Of a stretch of 64,000 bases of DNA, positions 51,766 through 62,972 are shown one piece after another. Origin of the DNA: Octopus bimaculoides (lineage: Eukaryota); contig NC_068999.1 in NCBI RefSeq assembly GCF_001194135.2, forward strand, positions 48,445,705-48,509,704. Reading direction: 5' to 3'. Position 1 is the first letter of the stretch. Each line of letters opens with the position of its first letter. The notes below the pieces were generated by a model, which was not told the DNA's origin, ran no database searches, and saw only the letters and a list, made by a program, of their open reading frames with translations. The position numbers and the translations under genes are program-made.

Positions 51766-52506
51766 ATGATGACATCCTTCACACCATCTAGAAGATCAGA
51801 ACTTATATATTTTTTCGCGTTTGCTTTCGTATCACTAACATCTCTACATGAAACTGAAGGAGAAAGAATATTACTGAAGGATGTGAAAGTTATTTCTTTG
51901 TACCAAAACCAAATGACTACTGCAAGAAGATTGACACCAGTTCCTCAATTGAAATGTATTGGAGGATCAGCTGGTTGTCAAGCTTTCGTGCCAAAACAAG
52001 TCCATTGCTACAACAAAGGCTTGGATGGCGACAATATCCTATGGGATTGTAAAACAAACATGGATAAAAAATATCGTTTCGGACACCTCGCTATATCCTG
52101 TGAAGGCTTCGATTATTCCGATGATCCTTATATATTAGCTCACTCTTGTGGTCTAGAATATACTATAAATAACGGCGTTGAGAACAATCATCGGGAATAT
52201 GAAGATTCTCGATCAGATCCAGTATTCGATTTCTTCTGTATTATTTTGTTTGTGTTATTAGCTAAAATGATTTACAGTTGGCAACCGAATATCTTTTCCA
52301 CGTCGAAAAATAATAGTTCAAATATAGATAAACAACATACGAATACTCCAAAACCACCGCTCATCGCAGCACCTTCAGCAACGAATACAGTTCAACCGCC
52401 TCTGCAACATTTTCGTAATTTTAGAATTCGCCCCCATCAAATTTTGTCTTGTGTGATCAGACCCACCAAACAAGGCATGAATCGAAACCCCAGACCTGAT
52501 GCGTAA
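51766..52506 (+). CDS. SARAF: Intronless SARAF/TMEM66-like protein (store-operated Ca2+ entry regulator family) with a divergent cytosolic tail
   Basis: ERILLKDVKVISL...MTTARRLTPVPQLKCIGGSAGC...SCEGFDYSDDPYILAHSCGLEY, with all six luminal Cys. It has an N-terminal hydrophobic signal, one TM segment and AATAAA at 52542-47. The first in-frame ATG is at 51766. Confidence 0.9.
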   Translation: MMTSFTPSRRSELIYFFAFAFVSLTSLHETEGERILLKDVKVISLYQNQMTTARRLTPVPQLKCIGGSAGCQAFVPKQVHCYNKGLDGDNILWDCKTNMDKKYRFGHLAISCEGFDYSDDPYILAHSCGLEYTINNGVENNHREYEDSRSDPVFDFFCIILFVLLAKMIYSWQPNIFSTSKNNSSNIDKQHTNTPKPPLIAAPSATNTVQPPLQHFRNFRIRPHQILSCVIRPTKQGMNRNPRPDA

Positions 52507-54457
52507 CCAAAGCAATTGATAAACAATCGAACTGCGAGGAAAATAAAAAATGCTTTCGTTTAACTATGAAACTTTGCTATTTTTCCTATAGATTTATTTA
52601 TTTTTTGCTCTATTTTCTCGTTTACCTTGTATCGAATTTTCAAACAAAATAGTTTAGCTATTTTCTTTTTATTCCGTTGTAATATCGTCTTTATTCATTG
52701 AAAAATAACTTTAGTTTGCTTATTATTTTGATATGGACGCCTCGTTCATTTTAATTTCAATCGAAAGTTCAGCGTTGATGTGACAGAACAAACCCCTAAC
52801 TGTTGGTAAGCCCTTATTGGGCGATCCTTCAATATTGGCCTACAGTGTGTCGGTATGAGGAGACGACGTCATTCACTCTCTTTTTCAGCCTAGCCTCTTT
52901 TGTCTATGCCATGAAGGAAAGTTGTATGGGTGAATGATGTCGTGTACCAATACCGAAGGATTGCCCTTTATTGTATTATGGATTGAGTAATAGATGCGCT
53001 GGTTTATTTTATGCAGAAGGGCAGGTCATTGCTTGTAACTTTGGATGAACGACTATGAATATAAATCTTGTTGAAAGTGGATAAATTTAAGGGATGAATC
53101 TTTCGAACTTTGTACATATAATAGGATAAAAGGAAACAATGGTAGTTTCTGTTTCCAAATTATCCTGGATTGCTAGCGACGGGCATAATTACGCGCGCGC
53201 GTGCACATACAGGTGTGTCTGAGGTATGGGCAACTGTTTTCGAGAAGCGGCCCGCATGAGACATGGTTCTTCGCGAGGCGGGCCGCATGTTACCCATGAT
53301 ACATACATACATACATGCGTGTGTATAGATATGTTTGTATGTTTTCTTTAATTGGGTCCTCAACTCTTAACAGGGTCGTCGGGGAGCCGTCATGATATAT
53401 CATGCGTGTCTTTAGGAATCTTAGTCGACAGTCGGTAGAGCGTCGACTAGAATGTTTTGCGGTATTCATTTCGCCAGTCGTGAGTTCGAATCATGCTACC
53501 GTCAACCTTACCTATGATGCATTATAGGTCGATAAATAAAACGCCAGTCAAGTACTGGGGCGGAATCCTGGAATAGTTTTCACCACTTCATGGGGAAGGA
53601 AAATGGCAATGGATTATAGTTTTTTCTCCCTTCATTTCTGATAGTTTTTCTGTATATCGTACAATGAAAATTATGATTCTGAATGAATTATTTTTTCAAA
53701 GTAATTTCAATTTTTTAAACATTTCCCCTCTTAACCTGTGTCCTTTTCTTTCTCTGAGGCAGTGATAGCTATTCTAAAACATCTCTCCTCCTCCTTCTCA
53801 TCCATCATCTTCTTCACCTCCTCCTCACTCTCATACAGGTTCAAAATGTCCAAGCGAGACTTGAACTCAGAGCGCCGTAACGAATCTCGCAAAGCATTCT
53901 AGCCGACGCTCTGTGATCCCATTGGTTGAAGACCAAAGGATATATATATATATATATATATACATATATTCGTGCAAGGTAGATAATACTTTGCACTTCA
54001 CTCAAACCAATATATAGGTGCGGCTCGCGAGGGTGCCTGACCGTTCCAACGACTCTTTCTTTTTCACTTTATCGACTTAGCCTCAATCAAAACAATCCTC
54101 GCCTATCCTTTTGTCAAGGACTAAGTCGATAAAGTGGAAAGAAAAATAATTTTCTTGTTAATATTTTCTTATTATTTATCAAATTATGTCTTAAATCTGA
54201 TCACAGCATCCTAGGAGAGTGAAAGGTGAAGTTAACCTCGGATGTATTTGAACTTAGAACGTAAGGAGTGGGAACAAATAAATACCTCGTTGTAATTTGT
54301 CCGACGCTCTGACGTTTTTGCCACTTCGCTTGATCTCATTTCGCTGATTTATTACATCACTATATTGTCAGCAGTTCCTCACGTTATGTCCTTTGATAAC
54401 GATAGCAACGCTAAATCAATACACTAATTTTCGAAGTTTACGTTTAGGGGACTTGAA

Positions 54458-54949
54458 ATGTCTCCAATGAGAACTATCTATTTTGTTTGTTTCCTAGTTT
54501 TGGCTCCTCTACATAAAAATGAAGGGGAGAAAATTTTTTCGGAGGTAGATAGTTCGTTGAATTTTAAACAAGAGGCTGCTGTAAATAAATCGTCACAAAA
54601 TACATGTGCAAATCGTTTCCCAGAATCGGCTGGTAGTAACGATTTCGTTACTCAAACTCCTAAATTTATTAAACAACATCAACATGAGCAAAACAAGAAC
54701 CAGCAACATATGGTTGTAAATGCTATATCAGATGAAAATCAGAATAACAAAAAGACTCCCGATAATTCAGAACGCGCTGGCAACAATATGAACAAAGTAT
54801 ACGCCATTAAATATAGTAATAATCGGCAGTTGCATTTCAAAAACTTCTTGATCTGTTTTGATTATGCAGTTATATGGCTGTTTTTGTTTATTGCCATATA
54901 TGTCGCATATTCTACTTACACCGAAAGGAATCAGATGTACTTTTTTTAA
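54458..54949 (+). CDS. Intronless putative single-pass membrane protein (163 aa), a SARAF-derived paralog
   Basis: ATG-initiated ORF. Its N-terminus IYFVCFLVLAPLHKNEGEKI matches IYFFAFAFVSLTSLHETEGERI of the SARAF-like ORF, also at DNA level. Its TM FDYAVIWLFLFIAIYVAYS matches FDFFCIILFVLLAKMIYS. AATAAA at 54962-67. Confidence 0.62.
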   Translation: MSPMRTIYFVCFLVLAPLHKNEGEKIFSEVDSSLNFKQEAAVNKSSQNTCANRFPESAGSNDFVTQTPKFIKQHQHEQNKNQQHMVVNAISDENQNNKKTPDNSERAGNNMNKVYAIKYSNNRQLHFKNFLICFDYAVIWLFLFIAIYVAYSTYTERNQMYFF

Positions 54950-55059
54950 GTCACTGAGAAGAATAAATATTAATCTTGCATCCCGTTGCAGTTCATCCTT
55001 CTTATTTCATCAATAACACAGGCCAACAAAAAGAAAAGAAAAAGGAAAAAGTTTTCTGT

Positions 55060-56200
55060 TGTCAAAATATTTGAGCCTGAACTAAAAAGGTATTTTGACA
55101 CACAAAATCCGAAAATGATATCCGTTTATTACCACCACGTCAGGGTTTTATGATTCTGGATCCATAGAATTTCATTGTTTTTTGTTTGTTTTTGTTTTTG
55201 TTTTTTTTTAATAAAACAGCTTGTGAGGAACAAGGCATAACATACAAACATACATTGAAATTGGTTTTTCTTCAAACCCAGAATGTTTTCTTAAAATTCT
55301 ACCGAAAAACTAGTAAAACTCTTAAAATTTCTGCAGACCAATTACATTATTGTCTATGCCTACGAATTTGCGTGTGGAGGATTTTCATGAGGGCTGGACC
55401 TCAGGAAGATCACGAGCCATGTTCCAGCAGTGGTCCGCCATCATTTGCAAGTCATATCTGCCTTCATATGTTCATATAATTCCATGTTCTGATGGAAACG
55501 TTCTTATTGCTTGTCACTTGTGTCACCGAGATTTCCAAGGAATTTAACAAGGTGACTTTGGAGATAGTGCAGCATTATGCTCATATTTGCTCCCAACTTT
55601 TGGGGATTGCTGGTTGCGTTCTTGTTGTCTAGCAAGTAATTTATAAGTATAACAAATGAATTCTATATTTCAATGCAATTCATTAAATTTACAAAGTTCC
55701 CATCTTTCATCAATTTTCTGATTTGAGGCCCATAAAATACTCTAACTTTTATGATTTCACTGCTAAGACCTGAAAATGTCTTGATCCAGAACTTTAACAA
55801 ACTGCTTCATAATGCCAAGTTTGATATGAAGAGGAGGTAGGATAATTTTTTCCTGGTTGAGCTAAAGGTTCCCAACCACATAAAAAGACCTGGAACCAAT
55901 GTTTGCTGCAACCATTCTTTGACCACCCAATGTTTTCCCCTGGCTCTGCTCTCCCCACATACATAAAAAGGATGGATATTTGGTATATCCACTTTGTTGC
56001 CTCAGGAGAAAATTGCCCATCTTAAAGTCCACGCATATCATCCACTAATGATTTGTGGTGGGGTTATCTTGAAATCTAGACGAGATGGTAAACAACATTC
56101 TATTTCTGGATTCAGCAAATCAAAAATCTCCCACTTCAAATCCGGTAAAAACGTCCTGACAACAAGATAGCCTGGTCAGTGGCATGGATATGTGAAAGTC
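55060..56200 (-). mobile_element. Degenerate DNA transposon (hAT-like transposase of the PPLHIKLG...ERFHQ type)
   Basis: Minus-strand frames give QQSGYTKYP, EKIILPPLHIKLGIMKQFVK, GPQIRKL, GNLGDTSDKQ*ERFHQ and MMADHCW, broken by stops and frameshifts. The subfamily (hATx/hATm) is from recollection and the boundaries are approximate. Confidence 0.78.
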
Positions 56201-59200
56201 GGCTATGATTTCACTTCATAATATTATTATAGCGTTAAAATTTAAGTGAAATCCATTAATAAGTTTGTGTAACGAATATGTATGAAATACATTTTTACAC
56301 AGCAACAATTATTACATCTTGTATTAACAGTGGTTCGCTATCTTTCTGGATTTGAATTATATAAATGTTGCTGGTTGAGGAAAGGGATGTAACATTTTCT
56401 AATTGTATTGTCTTCAATTATGATTCGATTCGCATCATCTAGGATACGTTATAAGAATTATTATACGACTCAAGTACTTGGTACTTTATATTTTGACTTG
56501 CCTAGTCGTAGGGACGCCATTACGACATACTGCGATCCTTAGGCCTTTTTAGGCCTGACGGAACCCGTTCTTCTCCAGTTGTGAACCCAACCGGTTTCTT
56601 TCAGAGAGAAAGGGGAGAGAAAGAGAAAGAAGAAGAGAGAGGGGAGAGAGAGAGAGAGAGAGATGTTCACTTCTGACATATCTAGCACAAACGAACATTT
56701 TTTAAAATATAGCTCTGAGAGTTACTGAATTAGTAGAAGCAGTACACAGCCACACTTTGGCTGTATTCATTTCTAACCTTCTAAAAAACTGAGTTCAAAT
56801 ATGACCTCAGTCTATCTTTGCCTTTCATACATTTCAAATTTGGGGACAAAGTCAGCAAATTCGGGGAAGATGGGAAGTCGATTACATCGACCCCAGTGTT
56901 CAACTGGTACCTGTGTTATCGATCCCGAAAGGATTCTCTCTTATTGTTATAAGTCTAACAGAAAGGCTTTCTGTCCTTCATAATCAGTCTCATTGCTTTT
57001 GTTTCTGCACCCACGACGGCGAACAGCTCCAGAAATGTCATGCGGTCTGGTAGAATCATTAGGGCTTGAGGACTTGAAAATCTATGATGACCCATCTTGA
57101 CCGCATATGGTTTCTCTTTACCTTCAGGCTGACCACTTACCCGTATTGCAGCATTGACCCCTTGCACGATACCGAGCCAGGGTTTTAATGTCGTTGTCAA
57201 TACTCCTGGCTGCCCTCCCTGTTTTGCTCTAACCCTTATACTGTGGCACAAGTCTTTGTATAGCTGTTTAACATACTGATTGCACCTGGCACTGCTTCGA
57301 CCTCAGTTTTGAAGAACAAGGTTCAAATCCCCCTATATTCTGCTGCGATTGGCGGAAACAACATTCTTCCATATTTTTTTTCTTTTATTTGTTTCAGTCC
57401 TTAGACTTCGCCCATGCTGGGGCATCGCCATGTGGGATTTTTAGTCGAACGAATCAACCCCGGTGCTTATTTTTTAAGCAGTTCATAGCAGTTCTTTTGC
57501 CGACCCGCTATGTTACGGGAACATAAACACACCACCACCGGTTGTCAAGCGGTGATGAAGTAGACACACGCGCGTCCCTGGCCACATACATACATATAAA
57601 CAAAATAAAAAATAATATATATATAATATTATGTTTGTTTATGGCCGGTCAAATAGTGACCATTCGTTCCACACCTATAAAGCGCTAAGCTGTATAGGCA
57701 ACTCTTCAGACTCAAATGGTCGATGATACATAACGTCTTTCTTTAAATGTAGAAAACGCCAGGGTTACTTGGTAAACAAAAGTACATATAAACAATATGG
57801 TCGAGCTTGGTTGCCATGGGAGGTACGGGGTTACCTCCCCTACATCACCTTCGCTTGTGATTATATTCTTAAGCTACGTGTGTTATGTCTTAAAATCCAA
57901 CATCTCGGATTCGACTGCGGTGGTGTTCTAAGATGCTGTTGTTGCTGCTTTATTCGATATCTGTGGAGTTCGAAGCTTGCAGGATCGGCTTCGGCTGTGG
58001 TGAGGAAAGGGATGTAATATTTTCTAATTGTATTGTCTGAAATACCTCTATCCTGAATCTTGTATTGAGTTGACGAAGTAGCGCCACTGTAGAGAAGAGC
58101 TATGAGTTATCTCCCTTCATTTTGTTAATAAATAAGAGCAGTCTCCATGACGCTAAAGCGTTTTGTCAAAGATAACTGGAGGAAGCGATCAATATGGGAG
58201 TTTGATCGGCTGGGGTGATCAGGTTACACATGCCAGCCCTTTGAAAACACCACCGCCATCATTGAACCCCTCTTTGCCCATGGGTTAGGGACCCTTCCAG
58301 CAAGGAAAATAGAATGACCAAAAGGGCTCCCGATTCTCTTTGTCCAACCCATGTATTCGTATTCCTTCTAAATTATACTTCTATTTATACGAGTACATTC
58401 CAATATATGATGAATGATCTCTGTTGTTATTATTAAACGCTTTTGTATTGCTCTGAATTATATTGTATTAGATTCTTGCCTCTTTTATAGCTCTTGTAGG
58501 AAAAATAATGAAGGAATTATCGTGGTTGTTTCCTTTCACCTTGTGTGATGTGAATGACAGTAGATCTTTTCTTTTCTTTCCTCATTTCGGGCTGTACATC
58601 TTAATTCAATTAATAAATGCAACACGGGGAAATAAATAAATAAATACATAAATAAATAAACAAATAAATAGGTTTAAAAAAAAATAGGAAGAATAGATAA
58701 AAGACAAAAGATAACAACAAGAACAAAAAAACAGACCCATCTTTTATCTCACTGCATCACAATTTGCAGGTTGAAGAATTTTTTTTGTTTGTTTCTTTTT
58801 AAATGAGCAAATACAAAGAAATATAATCAATATTCAAGCAATTGTTGTTGTTGTTATTGTTGCATTGTATTTCTTTTACTTGTTTATTTGTTCTTTTTTT
58901 ATATTTCAGAATTTTTGTTGGCTTTTTTTTTTTTTTTAATCATTCTTTGGTTTTGCTTAAAAGTTAATTATAATAATCTTTTTTAATTCTGGGATTTCTG
59001 AACATAGTTTTGTTTTTTATTTTTTATTTTTTAATTTTTTTTTCATAGTAAATAGTTTTGCATGAGAAAGGATGAAAGTAGAAGCCATCCAAGGGAGTCT
59101 CGTGCATTGGCTGGAAATTCAGCTCAAAACCATTTTCATACCAGATTATAGCACTTTTACCACAGAACCACCAAATCATTCATGTTATATAGGTGCTTAG

Positions 59201-59500
59201 CATAACGTGTCATCATGAAATATTTGTTTGTTTGTTTGTTTGTTGGTTTGTTTTTTGAAATTTTTTTTTAATATTTTTCAATTTTTTTTTTTCTCCATTT
59301 TTTAAAAATATTTTATGCCCAGTTTTCCTCTTCATTATAGTTACATCATCGGTAATTTAATTAAATCAATTAGTTTATTAATTAATTAATTAAACTGTAC
59401 CAAAGAGCAATTCCTTTTTATTCTTTCCTTCACAAATTAATAGGTCCTGCAATATATTTTGAAATATAATGGTTATACACATAGAATGTATTAAGATATA

Positions 59501-59536
<36 letters not shown>

Positions 59537-61597
59537 TGTATGTATGTATGTATGTATGCATGTATATATATATGTATATATATGTATGTATGTATGTATA
59601 TATATATATATATATGTATNNNNNNNNNNNNNNNNNNNNNNNNNNNNNNNNNNNNNNNNNNNNNNNNNNNNNNNNNNNNNNNNNNNNNNNNNNNNNNNNN
59701 NNNNNNNNNNNNNNNNNNNNNNNNNNNNNNNNNNNNNNNNNNNNNNNNNNNNNNNNNNNNNNNNNNNNNNNNNNNNNNNNNNNNNNNNNNNNNNNNNNNN
59801 NNNNNNNNNNNNNNNNNNNNNNNNNNNNNNNNNNNNNNNNNNNNNNNNNNNNNNNNNNNNNNNNNNNNNNNNNNNNNNNNNNNNNNNNNNNNNNNNNNNN
59901 NNNNNNNNNNNNNNNNNNNNNNNNNNNNNNNNNNNNNNNNNNNNNNNNNNNNNNNNNNNNNNNNNNNNNNNNNNNNNNNNNNNNNNNNNNNNNNNNNNNN
60001 NNNNNNNNNNNNNNNNNNNNNNNNNNNNNNNNNNNNNNNNNNNNNNNNNNNNNNNNNNNNNNNNNNNNNNNNNNNNNNNNNNNNNNNNNNNNNNNNNNNN
60101 NTATGTGTGTGTGTGTATGTATGTATATATATATATGTATGCATTTGCATACATGTATATAAACAAATATATAGACTTAAATGCCTACACACTGCTCTCC
60201 TCTTTATATCTCTCTTTTACTTACATAAATATGTGTACCATGTATATACACACAAATATAGGTATGTGTGTGTGTGTGTGTGTGTGTGTAAATATTCATA
60301 TGCGTGTATGTATATGCATATATTTAAAGACAGATGGTAAAAGAGATACAAAAACACATACACATACACATACACACATAAACATGTGTGTGATGTTTAT
60401 ACGCATGTGTTCATTGTTTTCTTCAATAAACACTCTGTATCAATTATTCTTTTCTACTCTACGCACAAGGCCCAAAGTTTTTCGGGAGGGGAGGCCAGTC
60501 GATTAGATCGACCCCAGTACGCAACTGGTACTTAATTTATCGACTCCGTAAGGATGAAAGGCAAAGTTGACCTCGGCAGAATTTGAACTCAGAATGTAAA
60601 GACATATGAAATACCATTAAGCATTTCGTCCAGCGTGCTAACATTTTTGCCAGTTTGCCGTCTTTAAAAGAATATTCTTTTTTACTCTAGGCACAAGGCC
60701 TGAAATTTTTGGGGAGGTGGGGCCAGTCGATCAGATCAACCCCAGTATGCAACTGGTACTTAATTTATCAACCCTNNNNNNNNNNNNNNNNNNNNNNNNN
60801 NNNNNNNNNNNNNNNNNNNNNNNNNNNNNNNNNNNNNNNNNNNNNNNNNNNNNNNNNNNNNNNNNNNNNNNNNNNNNNNNNNNNNNNNNNNNNNNNNNNN
60901 NNNNNNNNNNNNNNNNNNNNNNNNNNNNNNNNNNNNNNNNNNNNNNNNNNNNNNNNNNNNNNNNNNNNNNNNNNNNNNNNNNNNNNNNNNNNNNNNNNNN
61001 NNNNNNNNNNNNNNNNNNNNNNNNNNNNNNNNNNNNNNNNNNNNNNNNNNNNNNNNNNNNNNNNNNNNNNNNNNNNNNNNNNNNNNNNNNNNNNNNNNNN
61101 NNNNNNNNNNNNNNNNNNNNNNNNNNNNNNNNNNNNNNNNNNNNNNNNNNNNNNNNNNNNNNNNNNNNNNNNNNNNNNNNNNNNNNNNNNNNNNNNNNNN
61201 NNNNNNNNNNNNNNNNNNNNNNNNNNNNNNNNNNNNNNNNNNNNNNNNNNNNNNNNNNNNNNNNNNNNNNNNNNNNNNNNNNNNNNNNNNNNNNNNNNNN
61301 NNNNNNNNNNNNNNNNNNNNNNNNNNNNNNNNNNNNNNNNNNNNNNNNNNNNNNNNNNNNNNNNNNNNNNNNNNNNNNNNNNNNNNNNNNNNNNNNNNNN
61401 NNNNNNNNNNNNNNNNNNNNNNNNNNNNNNNNNNNNNNNNNNNNNNNNNNNNNNNNNNNNNNNNNNNNNNNNNNCATACACATGCATATATGTATATATA
61501 CCAGTTTGAAAATATTTGTTCTGTCCTATATAAAGTACATAATTCAAACGCGTCTGTCTACAGCCAAGTTTTTTTGTTGTTGTTGTTGTTGTTGTTT

Positions 61598-61637
<40 letters not shown>

Positions 61638-61887
61638 GGAAGGAACTGCTTTTGGCTTCAACCGTAAATAATGTGGGTTCAAGAGGGGGCGCAGGTATTG
61701 AAATTCAAAATCTTTGAATCAATAATGACTGAATTAATTGTGCGTTACAGAAGTGTGGAATTTGCAGGGAAAAGGTTGTCTTAACAGAAAGACTTGTTAC
61801 ACACACACACACACACATGCACACACACATGCACGCACACACACACACACACACACATATGTAGATTCTTTCATACATGCATATACA

Positions 61888-61918
<31 letters not shown>

Positions 61919-62214
61919 TACATACATACACACACACACATGCACACACACACACATACACACATTCACACATACCAACATGCATTTATACATTCACGCT
62001 TAGATACAAACACCCATCCGTCCAACCAATCATCCACCCATCCATCCATCCACCCATTCACCATCCATCTACCCATCCATCCGCCCTTCCATCCATCCAT
62101 CTATCCATACATAATTATCTAGATTTGTATGCACGCTCATGTACAAACTAAAATATACATCCATCTATACATATATACATATATGATATTTTCTCTCTGA
62201 CCGTCTGTCTATCT

Positions 62215-62259
<45 letters not shown>

Positions 62260-62933
62260 TCTCACTCTCTAGCAGTATTTGTATTGGCTTCAGAGTTAAG
62301 CATTTTATTTGGTCCTGTCTGAAATTCGAGGGAGAATGTTTATGTCAAGTTTTTAAAAAAAAATGAATAAATAAAAACAAAAAGAAAACACTAATCAATG
62401 ATCAGACCACAGTGCAAAGGGAATGGGGAGATAAATCTTTAAATTTTCTTTTGATAACTCTTATTTACAANNNNNNNNNNNNNNNNNNNNNNNNNNNNNN
62501 NNNNNNNNNNNNNNNNNNNNNNNNNNNNNNNNNNNNNNNNNNNNNNNNNNNNNNNNNNNNNNNNNNNNNNNNNNNNNNNNNNNNNNNNNNNNNNNNNNNN
62601 NNNNNNNNNNNNNNNNNNNNNNNNNNNNNNNNNNNNNNNNNNNNNNNNNNNNNNNNNNNNNNNNNNNNNNNNNNNNNNNNNNNNNNNNNNNNNNNNNNNN
62701 NNNNNNNNNNNNNNNNNNNNNNNNNNNNNNNNNNNNNNNNNNNNNNNNNNNNNNNNNNNNNNNNNNNNNNNNNNNNNNNNNNNNNNNNNNNNNNNNNNNN
62801 NNNNNNNNNNNNNNNNNNNNNNNNNNNNNNNNNNNNNNNNNNNNNNNNNNNNNNNNNNNNNNNNNNNNNNNNNNNNNNNNNNNNNNNNNNNNNNNNNNNN
62901 NNNNNNNNNNNNNNNNNNNNNNNNNNNNNNNNN

Positions 62934-62972
<39 letters not shown>

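Noticed and set aside
53215-53290. GC-rich 9-bp stem gcggcccgc/gcgggccgc
   Set aside because: The context (gggcaac..tttt...gcgggccgcatg) resembles hAT-type MITE termini, so it is most simply a transposon relic.
56955-57300. Minus ORF with GIVQGVNAAIRVS, resembling the MTO1/GidA GxIAGINA motif
   Set aside because: Flanking MTO1 motifs (GQINGTTGYEEAAAQ, EPYRMFTSR) are absent. The context (YVKQLYKDL...RV...GIVQG) looks more like a decayed non-LTR reverse transcriptase, but too weakly to call.
46560-57830. RFX X-box candidates for the ciliary gene PACRG (ccaagcaac at about 46590, gttacccatgatac at about 53288, gttgccatggga at about 57809)
   Set aside because: Each is only a half-site or is far from the gene, which is insufficient support.
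58275-58295. gggttaggg (CCCTAACCC on -), and ctaaccct at about 57229, as a possible telomerase RNA template
   Set aside because: 8-9 nt matches are expected by chance, and I found no pseudoknot or H/ACA context.
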